Shown here one piece after another: positions 41,460 to 55,259 of a stretch of 64,000 nucleotides of DNA. The notes beneath the pieces were generated by a model. That model did not search any database. It was not told where the DNA came from and was given only the letters and a program-made list of their open reading frames with translations. How positions within the stretch are numbered: position 1 is the stretch's first letter; each line of letters begins with the position of its first letter. This stretch comes from Octopus sinensis (taxonomy: Eukaryota). A program made the position numbers and the translations under genes. The stretch is taken from contig NC_042999.1 of assembly GCF_006345805.1 (NCBI RefSeq), forward strand, positions 147,064,001 to 147,128,000, written 5' to 3'.

Positions 41460-42260
41460 GTAATATATAAAAGTTAAGTTTCCTTGAGGTGTTCGTTTGT
41501 CTGTCCAGTTGGAGAATAAAGAAGAACTTTTGCAATGAATAGGATGTTTACATTTTCGAATACTCAGGGAGAGTCAAAAAGAAAAGAAAACAGGTAGTAG
41601 ATACTAAAGTTTTAAGATGTACTAAATACGTTCTTTTGTATGACCGCACAGTGAGAAATGGTAGTGTTCTTAGAATAAAAGCCAAGATGATGTTTACATT
41701 TTCGAATACTCAGGTAGAGAGGAAAAGATAAGTCGTCACACATTAGTTGTAGATATTAAAGGGTATTTTTTAAAAGCTGATCGTTTAAACCTGAAGGTAT
41801 GCCTGTTTCTTAACATATTTTATTTTGAAGGAGATTTAAAATATTCACAGGAAATTGTAGATATTCCAGTCTTTGGGAATAGCAGGATGAAGAGATGTTC
41901 ACCTTGTTGGGTTTTTGAATTTCCGAACTTTATCTTTTTCTTTTGGAATTTTTCTTTACGTTTTAAAAGTCTTGCTGTGGTTTAGAGTTTTTGTAGTTGT
42001 GCAGTTTGTATATATTGACAGTTGCTTACTTCCTTAATTTGTTATCGTGCATATAATTGTGTTATTACAATAAAAGGCATGCTTACATATTCTGTTGGTC
42101 AGGGAAGAAGGGAAGACCTAAAATTGTAGATATTAAAGTTTGTAAATATTTTTGAGGTGTTCGTTTGTATGTCCAAAGCTGTAGATATGTAAGTTCCTTA
42201 ACTTATTTTGAGGAAAATTCAAAATACTCACAGAAAACTGTAGATTTTCAGTCTTTTAGA
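41460..42260 (+). repeat. Degenerate complex tandem repeat
   Basis: Recurring gatgtttacattttcgaatactcagg (41543, 41688), gtagatattaaag (41749, 42126) and aaaata.tcacag.aaa.tgtagat.ttc (41838, 42221). Confidence 0.65.
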
Positions 42261-42384
42261 GTAATTTTTTCAGTTGCCCTGTGTTTCTGCGTTTTCAGCT
42301 GCTGACAGGTCAGAGCAGTGAAGAACACGTTTTGCCAATATTATTCTAATTATTATTATTATTATTATTATTATTATCATTATT

Positions 42385-43175
42385 CAGTAGTTTTATTTTT
42401 ATAGCGTGCTTTCACTTCACTACCGAGCGCAGCTCTGTGTGCCTTGGGTATGTGCTGTGATTTGTTGTGATGCTCTGATGGTTATTGTATGGAAAGTGTT
42501 CTGCGTAGGATGTGTGCAGTGCCTAGTAGTGCAATTTTCTGTATGTTATATGTGTTTGTAAGTCCTGGTGTTTTTGTTATGTATTTGTCTGAATATTTTT
42601 TTATCATGCCTAATGCACCTACTATGATAGGAATTGTTTCTGTTTTCAGATTCCACATTCTAGTTACCTCTATTTCCAGGTCTTTGTATTTTGAGAGTTT
42701 CTCCATTTCTTTTAGAGACACGTTGTCATCAGCCGGTATTGATACATCAATTAGAAAGCATTTTTTTTTCTTCATGATCTCTGACAACTATATCTGGTCT
42801 GTTGGCCTTAATTTCTCTATCTGTGTGTATCGGCATATCCCAGAGTATGGTTGCTTTCTCGTTTTCTGTGACCTTTTCTGGTGTGTGCCTATACCATCTT
42901 TTTTCTGTTGTTATTCCATAATGTTGGCATAGCTTCCAATGTATGTAGGTTCCAACTCTGTCATGTCTGTGAATATATTCCTTCTTAGCCAGGACTGGGC
43001 ATCTAGAGATAATATGATTTATTGTTTCTTGTCCATCTCCACATATCCTGCAGTTACTTGTAATATTTCTTTTCATTACATGTTTTTGGTAATTTCTGGT
43101 GGGGAGGCTTTGGTCTTGTGCTGCAATTAAAAATCCCTCTGTCTCTGCTTTGAGTCCTGAGCTTCTCTCCTGAGC

Positions 43176-43176
<1 letters not shown>
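42385..43176 (-). mobile_element. R4/Dong-type LINE 3' fragment in (TAA)n
   Basis: CRICGDGQETINHIISRC..YIHRHD, LWDMPIHTDREIKANRPDIVV, LIDVSIP..EKLSKYKDL (PD-D restriction-like endonuclease). Confidence 0.92.
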
Positions 43177-43246
<70 letters not shown>

Positions 43247-43280
43247 GTGGTGGTGGTGGTGGTAGTAGTAGTAGTAGTAT

Positions 43281-43318
<38 letters not shown>

Positions 43319-43324
43319 ATAACG

Positions 43325-43505
43325 CGTGGGCGAAATTCTTAGCGGTATTTCGTCTGTCTATGTTCTGAGTTCAAACTCCATCGAGGGCGACTTTGCCTTT
43401 CATCCCTTCGTGCTCGATAAATTAAGTACCACTTGCGTATTCGGATCGATGTAATCGATTATCTCCCTCCCTGAAATTTCAGGCCGCGTGCTTGTAATAG
43501 AAAAT
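43325..43505 (+). mobile_element. SINE family A monomer, 5'-truncated
   Basis: gcgaaattcttagcggtatttcgtctg...cgactttgcctttcatcc...aagtacc. Confidence 0.8.
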
Positions 43506-43745
43506 ATTATTATTGTTATTATTATGTTAGTGAGGAAAATGTTATATCGGCACACAAATACTTTTCTGAAAAATATCCATAACGATTTATGCTGTTTCTG
43601 TCTGTAAATGTCGCCGTTTAATATTTACGTTTCAATCTACTAGGCTTCATAAAATAATGTCACTTTCAATACAGTAATTGGGGTAAATTAATTGCCGAAA
43701 ATAATAGTATATTTCTTCAATTTATTATGTTGTAAATCTCGGGAT

Positions 43746-46350
43746 TTCATTTCATTTGAGTTTGAGTCCATGCTCAGGCCAAGTCGAAGACTCCACCCTC
43801 AGAGTCTGGTGTGGTTGCCAGGTTGTATTCTCTGTTTAATTTTGACATGTGTAGGAGCGAGTTTGAGTCAGTTTGTGCTCGTTGTGTATATCCTGGGAGA
43901 TGGGGTTCATCTCTAATGGTGCTTAAGTATCTATCCAGCTGCAATTTGAATGATTCCACACTGCATCCTGATAGATTTCTGACATGTACCGGAATGGAGT
44001 TGAATAGTTGTGCTCCTCGAACCAACAGACTTGATTCTCGCAGGGTTTTTGCTGCCTGGCCAGCCTTTTTGCTGGCAGCGTCTTCCGAGGCGCAGTGAGT
44101 GGTAGGTTTTGATACCAAAGTTTGGCATCTTTTGCTCTATCATTTTCCAAATGTATATAATTCGGTATCGCTCAAATCTTCTTTCTATTGAGTGCATCCT
44201 CAAGGTTTTGAATCTTTGCCAATAGTCCAGGTCCCTCGTTTCTGAGAAGTATGAGGTAAAATTTCTTTGGAGCGATTCCATCTTAGAAAGTTGGCCCTTT
44301 GTTGTTGGTGACCACAACTGAGAACAGTAGTCAATCCTCGGAAGTATCATACTGTTCCAGAGGGTTTTCATTGTTGAGGTATCTCTTGATTTGAAGGTGC
44401 GCAAGATCCACCCGCTGTACTTTCTTGCAGTAAGACAGACTGAGTCAAGGTGTTCTCTGAATTTTAGGCTGGTTCCCATGTGGATGCCTAAATCTTTCAC
44501 ATACTGTTTTTCCATTATTTGTTGTCCTGATGGGTTTCTGTAGTTTGTTGTGTTTTTCAGATCTTGATCTGTTCCGTAGCGAATTAGTTCAAACTTCTTA
44601 TCATTGAACAACATGTTGTTTGTTTCCTGCCATTTATATATGGTGGTCAGGTCCTTTTGTAAGGCCTCTGTATCCACCTCGTCTTTGATTTGTCTCATGA
44701 CCCTGGTGTCATCAGCAAAGGATGAGACGTTGCTGGTTGTATCTTCATCTATGTCAGAGATGAGGATGAGAAACAGGATTGGGCCGAGTACTGTACCCTG
44801 AGGAACACTGCTAGTCACAGGTGATGGTATTGAATGGGTTCCATTCACAGTGACTGTTTGAGTTCTATTTTTAAGGAACTCATGTATCCATGTACCAACT
44901 TTTCCTCCTGTGACCCAGGATGCCATGATCTACCTTGTCAAATGCCTTGGCAAAGTCGAGGTAAATAACATCTGTGTTGTATCCATTCTCTAGGTTTTCT
45001 AGGATTTGGTCATGGTGTGCCAGTAGTTGGGAAAGCCTGAATCCATGCTGGTTGCAATTCATCAGATTGTTGGATTCCAGGAACTCAACCAGTTTTCCAC
45101 GAACTATTCTTTCGAAGACCTTGATAATGTGTGATGTCAGTGAGATTGGTCGGTAGTTCTTTGGTTTTGATTTGCTGTCCCCTTTATGTATTGGAGTTAT
45201 GTGTGCTTCTTTATATGTATTTGGTATTTTGCCATTCTCCATAGATTCCCTACATATCATGTAAAGGGGTTTCAACAATTGTACCTTGCAGTTTTTAAGT
45301 ATCATGGCATTGAAACCGTCAGGCCCCGCAGCCGAGTGCATGGAGAGTTTGTCTATGGCTCTTTCTATGTCTTCTGGGTTGAAATCAATGTCGGATAGGG
45401 TAGGTTTAGTATGGTCGATATCCTTGAAGAATTTTCCTGGGTCATGGATCTTCATGGTTTTAGATGGCTCACTGAAGACACTTTCATACTGTTGACCCAA
45501 CATTTCTGCCATTTCAATAGGGTTATTCACTACATCCCCATTTTGTCTCTGGAGAGGTCCTATTGTTGACTTGGTATTCGAGTATTTCTTTGCAAAACTG
45601 TAGAAACATTTTGGATTTTTCTTGATGTTTTCTGCATTGTTACGTTCTTCATCATAGTGTTGTTTTAGATTGTCTTCTAATCTGTATATTTGGTCAAGGA
45701 CTTTCTGTAATTCATGTTTTGATGTCAGCTTAAATGTTTTGTTTCTTAGTCTTGACCTTTTGCGCATCAGGATCTTTCGCTCCCGTGGTACAGGTTTTTT
45801 TGTGGATTTGGTTTTCTTAAGAGGAATATTTTTTGCACATATTTCTTCGATCTTGTTTAAGAATTTCTTGTGTTTATCTGGCCCAGTAAGGTAGAGATCC
45901 CAGTCAATGATTTGTAACTGGTTGTTAATAGTTTCCCAATTTGCCTGGTGATAATCATACCTGCATAGCTTTGGCATGTCCTTTTGTTTAAGAGTTGTGG
46001 CATTGGGCTCATTACCAATGTGTAAATGCATTTCAATAATATTGTGGTCTGAAAGGATTGTTGGGGTTGAGTGAAGGTCAAATAGCGTGTCCTCGTTGTT
46101 GGTGAAAACCAAGTCGATCGTATTATTATTTCTTGTTGCTTCTGTCATCATTTGTTTGAGGTATAATTTCTCTGTGACTTCCAACAGTTTGGCTGCCTGT
46201 ATTTGTTCAGCTTTTGTCCCCAGTTTTAGTATGTGTCCATGTGGCCAGATGATGTTAGGGAAGTTGAAGTCACCAAGGAGGATAATGTCTGGCATTGGAC
46301 TCGCCATGTTTCCCAGAATTTGTTGGAGCTTTGTCAGTGGCTCAGTGAAG
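43746..46350 (-). mobile_element. 5'-truncated CR1/L2-group LINE ORF2 (APE C-terminus + RT) with frameshifts and small deletions
   Basis: IILLGDFNFP, DLVFTN, SDHN, GPDG, NYRPISLTS, YLDFAKAFDKVDH, VPQGTVLGP and FADDT; short tandem 3' tail (actcaa, tgaaa). Confidence 0.95.
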
Positions 46351-48659
46351 GATAACGGTGTTCTGTCGTAGAAATATCAGCTGATATTCCTAAACCAGAA
46401 TGTAATATTCGCCGGATCTGCCTTGTTTTAACTGATTTAATTTAATCCTTGTCAACCAGTAGTCTTGTGAGAGGAAGCCGCAATCTAATACTTATCAGTT
46501 ATTCATCTTTCATCCGCATATGTTACAAATTGCCATTAATATAACTTGGAATTATTTTTAACACGCTTGAAGGAAAATGCTTGCGAAGAAACCTTGGAGA
46601 ATAAATTTGATTATCATAATAGGTTCATGGGCATTTTGAATGGCAAATTTTCAATGGAGGGAAAAAATATTTTATCGATCGAACATGTGGGGAAGATGCC
46701 TGACAAAATCTCAGAACTTGCATGTATACATAAACTCTTTAAGTTGTATAAGAAATGACATGGTAAGCTCAGTTCTTCAGAAGTTACTAAGAAAAGGAGA
46801 ATGAGAAAATGATGTAATTTTATGTGCTAAATATTAGTCAACCGATACGAGTTACAGATTATATAAAACTTTATGTATCTTTGAAAAATTAGTTCATTTA
46901 AAGACGTCTACGTTGTTTACAGTGTCTCACAATTGAATAGCCGTTAATTTCTGATTAAGATCAGATATATGCAAATATAGTTCATCTACATTAATGATTT
47001 CCACTCTTTCAAGTTGTTGCTCATATTTTATGAATATATTACAATCGAAATGATTAAATCTTAAGATATTGTTTACATACCTCATGAAACATTTCAGGTC
47101 TACACGATTTCAGGAGATTGATGATTAAATCAGCTAATTATCAATCATTCAAATCGTATTTCACTTTCTTAGCTATTGATGGATTACCCCTACAGAAGTT
47201 AATTTGGCTCATCACTCACACTATTATTTAATAGAAGAATATACATCACATTCAGAAAACAAGCAATCAGGTAAATAACTAGTAGAGGATTTTTATGAAC
47301 TGTTTGAAAGAAATACAAAGCGTCGTATTATGGAAGAATCCTTGTGTTGACTGGTTAAATGTCCTGTGTCATTTGTGATTATGATAGATTTTGTTTATAG
47401 TTCTTTAATAGGATGCGAATAGATTTAGATAAACGCAGAATATATTTCTGATATCTCACTAGAATACACAAAAATATACCCGATTATAAAAAAGTCTGGC
47501 AATAAAAGATTATGGTGTACGTATGGCTACTTCAGTGATATTACGCATTTCAAAACTAAGTTTTGAGTAGTTTTTGGCAATAAAGTATGCTATCTCAATT
47601 TATTGACTCATGAATTCGTTCTAAAAGGTTTCAGTTTATAATGTTGCGTTGCATACAATAACTGCAGTAATTGTGTTGCTTTCATGCGCCGTGAATTAAT
47701 TCTACATAAATGCATTGCTATTCATTAATGTGTTCATATTGATGTCATTAAGACGTGTAATGGACGGAGAAAAATATCACAAAATGCTTTAAAATATTTA
47801 AATTTTAAGGTATTTTTGATCTCATCCCTCATATTGTTTGGAGGTCCCTGTGAGATAGCGCGCAAAAGTGCATCTTATTGGGATTTTCTCGTCGACGCCA
47901 AATATGTTTCTTAATCGAGTTTCACTGATAGAGTGGGACAGAAGACTACAATAGTCAACATCAAAGACATCAGTGGCGATATCGACTCGTAGTTAGTCAC
48001 GATCTTCTAAGTAAATATGTTTAGGTGCCCGTGTTGCTGTAGCGTTTGCGAGAGATGTAGACGTCACTTTAAATGCACAATTCCTTATAGTCAAGCAACA
48101 CTACAAAACAATACCAGTTCTCTTGCCTGTTGAAGAAATCAAAATTCACCATCCACAACAGACAGTCCAGTCACTAAAAATTAGCGGTAAACGTGATTTA
48201 AAGGCTTTGCATCTCCAAATCCTCAAAGAAGAATAACAAAAATTGTAACAAATCATAGAAGTTGATGCTCCGAACGCAAAACTGGATTTTTCAAAAGAAA
48301 TTACCCTGCTCCCCAATACCAGCTGCTAAAACACATGTACCAGATTTCTCAGTCTCAGCTTGCCGAGAATATTCTGCAACAACAGCAATACGGTATACTA
48401 GGAAATCTCCCGGGAGCATCTATTTTCAGCAGCATTAACTCACTGATTTATGAGAGTGGAGAACATACTGGTACCACATCAGACAAACAGACCTACTTAA
48501 AACTTTAAGCAAGCTCAAAGATAGCTATAGATAATGGCTATTAAAATGTGCTTGGTCCGAAAATACGCGCCTGAAGATGAGGTGCTCCGCAGTAAGGAAA
48601 GTATGAATAAGAGATTGTCTCTTGGGAAGAGGAGAATGTCTCCTGTAAAAGGAAGCTTA

Positions 48660-49480
48660 TGTCTGGTGAAGCTGAATCTATGTCTCGCCTAACAGAAATG
48701 GTCTATAGAATAAACCAAGAAAAATGTAATATTTATATAAAATTCAATGGAACAATCCAAACTAAAATTACAAATTGCAAAGAAGAAAGTGTCACGATAT
48801 TTTGCAATACATGTGACCGTCACGCTTGTAGTCTTCTGCTCTAAATACTGAGACACTAGTGTATAGAGGATATGTGCTTCAAAATTTGAGTTTGAATTCA
48901 GGCATTTCTGTAACCCCTATTACGCTGAATCGATATAATATTTCTCAATATGCTAAAGAAAGATCCTTATTTTCTTAAGAAAACGGTGACTGCTTTTGTT
49001 TTCTAAATACCACAGACAAACATATATTGGATCCGCATCCGTATATATTGTTCGAGTAAAGATAAATTGTCTTATGTAACATTGTTTTCCAAACGGAATA
49101 CTTTTCATGAAGATTTGCTGTGACTTGGCTCTCCATATCACATAGTTGCAGGCAAACTCGATCTCATCTGCAACGCCATTTATGTTTTAAAATACGCTTT
49201 CGCTTGGAAACCGTGCATTATTGTTGGTGGGGTTCTTCCTATTATTATTCACCGTATAGTTCAAAGTGTTCTGATCATTTTCTGTAACGAAAATTAATTT
49301 TTTTTCTTAATTTAAGTGTTTGCCACTGTCTGCGGTGATACATTTCTTTTTTCTCATCACTTTGTAGTTAAATGCAAACGTTGTCTTTCTTTCCATTGTG
49401 TGCCGACATGTTTGCAAAAAACGAAAACTTTGAAGAGATAACAAACTTTTCAGAACACTGGCTTTTTTTCATCTGTTTTG
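48660..49480. pseudogene. Probable degraded piggyBac transposase pieces
   Basis: Plus strand C..CNTCDRHAC resembles the C-terminal cysteine-rich domain; the frameshifted minus strand resembles the GxNVTxDNFFT and LCD motifs. Confidence 0.35.
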
Positions 49481-49624
49481 TATATTTATTTTGAAACAAA
49501 ATCCAAAATTGTTCACAATGTCCTGTTCCTAATAATTTGAATGCAGAAAAAAAAGACATTTCACTGACTTTCATCTTGACGACATATCACTATTATCAGA
49601 TCTCGAAAAAGACGTCTTACCTCA

Positions 49625-49723
49625 TAACAACAACAACAACAAAAACAATTACAACAACAACAGCTGCAGCAACAACATGAACAGCAGCAACAGCAACAAC
49701 AACAACAACGATAATAATAATAA

Positions 49724-49754
<31 letters not shown>

Positions 49755-49890
49755 AAGAAGAAGAAGCAGAAGAAGAAGAAGAGGAAAAAGTAGATGAAGA
49801 AGAAGAAGAAGAAGAAGAAGAAGAAGAAGAAGAAGAAGAAGAAGAAGAAGAAGAAGAAGAAGAAGAAGAAGAAGAAGAAGAAGAAGAAGC
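49625..49890. repeat. (CAA)n/(GAA)n microsatellite
   Basis: Seen directly. Confidence 0.95.
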
Positions 49891-49899
49891 AATGACCGG

Positions 49900-52720
49900 A
49901 GAAGCTCTTCAAAAATGTGGCAGATGGGGAATATGGCTACATAAAATAACAGTTGAACAAGAGATAGTAGAATGATAGATGAATCATCAGAAAGAATGAA
50001 ATAGTAAAGAGGATGAAAAAGAAGTTTTACTTCAAGTTGGAAAAGGATATTACATGGTAGTAAAGAAGCTTACTTGAATGCTGAATGATACGAAATAGGG
50101 ATGATAACGAGATTATTGACTTTGCAAAGAGTTTGGAAAAAGTATCGATGAAAATCGTAGTTCGGAATATAGCAGATATAAAGGACTTCAATAATACATA
50201 TTCTCTGTTTATGAGAAATTTCTTGGACTAAAACTATCAAGCAAAAGACATGGGAAAAAGAGCTATGGGGAATAATGGAGACACGAGAATCATGACGTAC
50301 GGATCAGAAGGTATGTAAAGTTAAAAGTTGTTTAATATAGATAAGAGAAGACATGGAAAGGAATTCCGAAGAAAGTATAAGATGACACACAAAGGATGAC
50401 AGGTAGCTAAAGGAAATATAAACTGAAAATGATATGGCCACATCGGCTGGAAAAATAAACAAGGCACTAACAAAGAGTAAATTACTTTCAGGTGAACAGG
50501 CTCTTCAGAAACAATGAAATGAAATTTTACCAATATCTGATCAATGAGAATGAACATCAGGAGAATGAAGTGCCGAATGCTGAACCAACTAGGAACATTT
50601 GGTCAAATATCTGAAGGAAAGAGATATACCATAACAGTGAGGGGGACTGGTTATTGAAAATTTAAAAGGGAAATGGGTAATAGACCAAAGAAAGAAATCT
50701 TAAATATTATACGAAAGAATATGAAAAGATGCTTAAAAAGATACCAAAGCGGAAAGCTGCAGCACAAGATAGGAAAGTATTCACCGATGATAGCTTAGAT
50801 ATCACACATGTATGCAAAGCTACATATAACCGTTTCTTACTGAATGTAGTGAAAACAGATAAAAAAAAAGGGAGACAGTCTTAATATAGAATAATTAAGA
50901 AAATGAAGAAAGTTTAGTAACTATAAGCCTATTACATGCTTACAATCGCTAAGGAAATTACAGAGTGGGCTCACTGTAAATGAACAGTATATCTTTCTGG
51001 AAGAGAATCTATTGCGGAAATATAAAAGTTAGGTAAAACAATCAAGAGAAACTGTTGATATACTGTATATACATAACATCCAACTAACTGAAGTGATTAG
51101 AATTTAGCTGTCGATTGAATAAACTATAAGAAATACGATGATTTACCACGCTGGTGGCTTTTGTAGTGCCTGCGGACACTCGGGGGTCGGTCAGTATGAA
51201 AATTGACAGATCTATTTTTTCTTAAAGAGAAATCAGTGATAATATGGGATGTAGAACTAAACTGCAGAAATGAATATTTTGGAAATATGAAATGACGCGG
51301 AGACATAACTCATGGAGACTCGCCCTCGACATTACATTGCATTAATTCCTTTTAACAAACATAAAGAGAAACTCCAAGTCTGTTTATGGGCTTCCTGAAA
51401 CTAGAGGGAGAAATATATCACTTTCCATATATGGAAAGCTTCAAAATGTATACTAGAGGTGAAAAGTCCGGGATTCTATAGTCCACTACGCACTAATATT
51501 CAGCAATATTTGTACGGTTTCTGTTAAATAAAATTTCAACTTTAATTATGAAAAGGTAGCGTAAGATTAAATCTGATGGCGTAAAGATATCCCAAGATAT
51601 CATTAGATAGCCGAACGAGAGGGAAAGATACAAGTACCTACAGGTGCAATAAGATGATAAGAATATGGAATGAGAAATGAGAGAGAAGATCTCCAATGAG
51701 TACACGATAATGTTTATGAAGGTGTGCTCGAAAACAGAACTAGAGATAATCTCAGTAAGACAATAAACACTTGGTCTATGCCAGTGTTCAGATAATCTGT
51801 TACTTTTCTTAAACTAAACAGAGATGGAACTATATGAATTTGCTATAGCAATTAGGAAGTTCTTCACAATGTGAAATGCACATTACACTAAATATAATAT
51901 GAACAGGCACTGCTTAGAAACAAAGGTGGCAAATGTTCGTTAAATGCAGAAGACACTATTAGTACTGCGATATAGGGTATGAGAAACTAAGTTGAGCATA
52001 GGAGAAATAGAATATTATTTGCAGCCAGAAATATTGAAGATGTCACTGAAACAGTGAGAGACTTCAGCAATAGGGAAAAGAATAACAGAACAGATAGCTG
52101 GGAAAAGAAGAGATTACATGGTGAATTCATACAACAAACAAAAGATTTTGAAAAGAAGGAAGGTAAAACAAATAACTTAGACGCTGATTACAGCCACTCA
52201 GAAACAAACCACTAGAATAAATTTAATAAAGAATTGTCCTTATTAAATTAATGAAACTCAGATAGCAAATACATGATGTATAGAGGAAGGGACAAAGGTA
52301 TAAGTTATCTACTCAGTGAATGCAGTAAGCTAGTGCAAAGAAAGTATAAGCACAAGTATAGCTGTGTCCCAAAATCAGTGTACCAGGTTTGATTGTCCTT
52401 GGCCATAGATCTGTGCTATTAATATTCATGCGTTCAATAAGTTAGTCAATTCGACGTAATGAGAAAATAGTATGAACACGTGTTGTGATAGTAAAGGGTA
52501 ATTGTTGGAGTTTATGAGATTTCTCCATATAGTCTGGCCATATTACTGAGGCAAGGAGACCAGATATGATCATAAAAGGTAATAAAAAGAAAACTATTCT
52601 AACCAAATCATATCAGATTTTACAATACCATATTGCCATAGCTGGATATCAAAGAAATTGAGAATATAGAGAAATATCAGCACCAAGACTGAGAGATAAA
52701 AATATGGCATATGTATTGAC
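49900..52720 (+). pseudogene. Heavily degraded R4/Dong-type LINE
   Basis: Remnants read NYKPITCL (50920), INTWSMPV (51760), WEKKRLHGEF (52100), SECSKLVQRKYKH (52315) and RRPDMI (52555). Confidence 0.7.
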
Positions 52721-52745
52721 TATTTGACGTTGATGATGGTGATGG

Positions 52746-52803
<58 letters not shown>

Positions 52804-53651
52804 GGTGATGATGATGATGATGATGATGATGATGACGATGATGATGGCGATGGCGATGGTGACGACGACGAGGATTATGATGATGATGATGTTGATGACC
52901 AACTTCAACAATAAAGGAAAAAATGCTAAAAAAAAAACCATATTGTGATATGAGATTAAAGTTCGACTTGGGGAAAAATGCGTCACGGCAACATTGAAGA
53001 GATGAAAATTAATTAAGAATACTAATATCTTGCTAGATAAAGAAAGTGAGATAAGAGAATTACACCAAACGCAGACACTCGAATGCTTAGAAATCAATCA
53101 GCCAAAATGTGCAGCGCACACACGAATACTACAGACGCATTAGTTAAGTATTTAAGCAAGCAGCTAAATAAATGAAAGGAAAAAAAAACAGGTTAAATAC
53201 ATATTTAAGCTCACCCATTAATCTGTAACAGTTATAATATTATAAAATAGGACTGTAAATGTCAAACTTAGAAAAACAAGCAAATAACTACATTTAGAAT
53301 ACTCCACCCAGAGTATTTACTACAATTTCAGGTTGGTCGGTGCTGTACCCATTAAAAAAAACAATACAACATATTCACTCTAGAACTAAATACAAATACC
53401 TTATGCAGAATGTTTAAAAATGAATGCTAAATTTACGAAACACAAACGAGGAAAACAATCTGGGTCTGTTTTTGTTTGTTTTTTTATTTTTTGTTGTGTT
53501 TTTGTTTTGCTTAGGAAGACAATAATAACAAAAAGAGAAGGAAATTTTATGACAGAACGGAAACGAGAAGTTTGGAGAAACTAAAATCTAAGCTAAACTG
53601 AGACTACATGATATCACATGACATAGTTGGCCAATACTCTTTACTCTTTAC

Positions 53652-54052
53652 TCTTTTACTTGTTTCAGTCATTTGACTGTGGCCATGCTGGAGTACCACC
53701 TTTAGTCGAGCAAATAGACCCCAGGCCTTATTCTTTGTAAGCCTAGTATTTATTCTATCGGTCTCTTTTACCGAACCGCTAAGTTACGGGGACGTAAACA
53801 CACAAGCATTGGTTGTCAAGCGATGTTGGGGGGACAAACAAAGACACACAAACATATACACACATACATTATATATATATACATATATACGACGGGCTTC
53901 TTTCAGTTTCCGTCAACCAAATCCACTCACAAGGCTTTGGTCGGCCCGAGGTCATAGTAGAACACACTAGCCCAAGGTGGCACGCAGTGGGACTGAACCC
54001 GGAACGATGTGGTTGGTAAGCAAGCTACTTACCACACAGCCACTCCTTTGCC
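53652..54052 (-). mobile_element. tRNA-headed SINE family B, near full length
   Basis: Reverse-strand head ggagtggctgtgtggtaagtagcttgcttaccaaccac...gggttcagtccc (A/B boxes); (taaagag)n tail. Confidence 0.9.
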
Positions 54053-54089
54053 TATAACCACACAAGCACTCCTATGTCTATATTTCGGC

Positions 54090-54346
54090 ATTATACAATC
54101 AAAACTGCTGACGAATTGTACAAGCACCACCTTGAGGCTGTAACTGAGGAAGAAAGTATATCTATTCTTTGGGACTACCTAGTAAGTGCAGACCGGACCA
54201 TCAAAGCAAATAATCCAGATATTGTTGTGAAAGACCAAAAGAATAAATTCTGTTTATTGATTGACAGGAGCATACCCATGCAGGAAGTGCAAGAGATTGT
54301 CTTAACTGTTACGTCACACGTACTGAGAAGAGCTTTGTTACTGTGA
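54090..54346 (+). pseudogene. R4/Dong endonuclease fragment
   Basis: ILWDYLVSADRTIKANNPDIVVKD..LLID, homologous to the 42385-43176 element. Confidence 0.8.
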
Positions 54347-54594
54347 AGTTTCTTTCCCCTTTCCGCATTTATTTACTTTGTTTACTTTTTTATTTCTTTA
54401 TTTTTTTATTTTTCTCTGACTTTCTTCCTCGTTTTCACTGACACATGACTTTGTAAATGAACAATTTTTGGAGTGTTTACTTTAATGGTTTACCAATGTA
54501 TACAGTGCGTTTTTCTGCCCTAGGTCTCAGGAAAATACTTGGCAAGAAATGGCAATAGAATTATATGATAATGAAAGTAATAATAATAATAATA

Positions 54595-54642
<48 letters not shown>

Positions 54643-55259
54643 CAACAGCAATAACAATAATAAGAACAACAACAGCAACAACAACAACAACAACAACAAC
54701 AACAGCAATAATATAATAATAATATCGGTGAAATGGGATAAAGGAACCTGTTGAATACTTGAAAGAAACAGCATTTTAATGAAAATAATCACAAAAGCGA
54801 ACTTTTACTGCCATACACAGCAAAGTTTCTCCTATGCACTGTCTCAGAGAAACGTGTGTGAAACACACACGAAATCAAAATCAGAAAGTTTAAAAATTAT
54901 AAAATATAAATGGAACAAAACAGTAAATGCATAAATTGATTAATTACGCATACATTCGAAAGTCTACACAATCATATATACATTTTAATACCCATAGGAC
55001 TACACATAGTTCCCAATGTTTACTCAGCTATGCGAAATTTACATGACACACATACACGCACATGAAAACACGAATCACAAACGAAGCAAAAAATAAACAA
55101 AATAATTTTTTACTCTTCGAACTAACACAGAGTGAATAATTCATAAGTTTAAAAACATCACAAAAAATTAAGCCCAGAGATAAATCTATAAAAATTATGC
55201 AGACGAATACAGATCTGTTAGCCTTAAGAAGCTATATTACGAGCAATGTTTTCATTCAG

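Noticed and set aside
46546-47275. 70-aa ORF and nearby splice-like signals as a host gene
   Set aside because: No recognisable domain, and the candidate exons contain stops in the frames tested.
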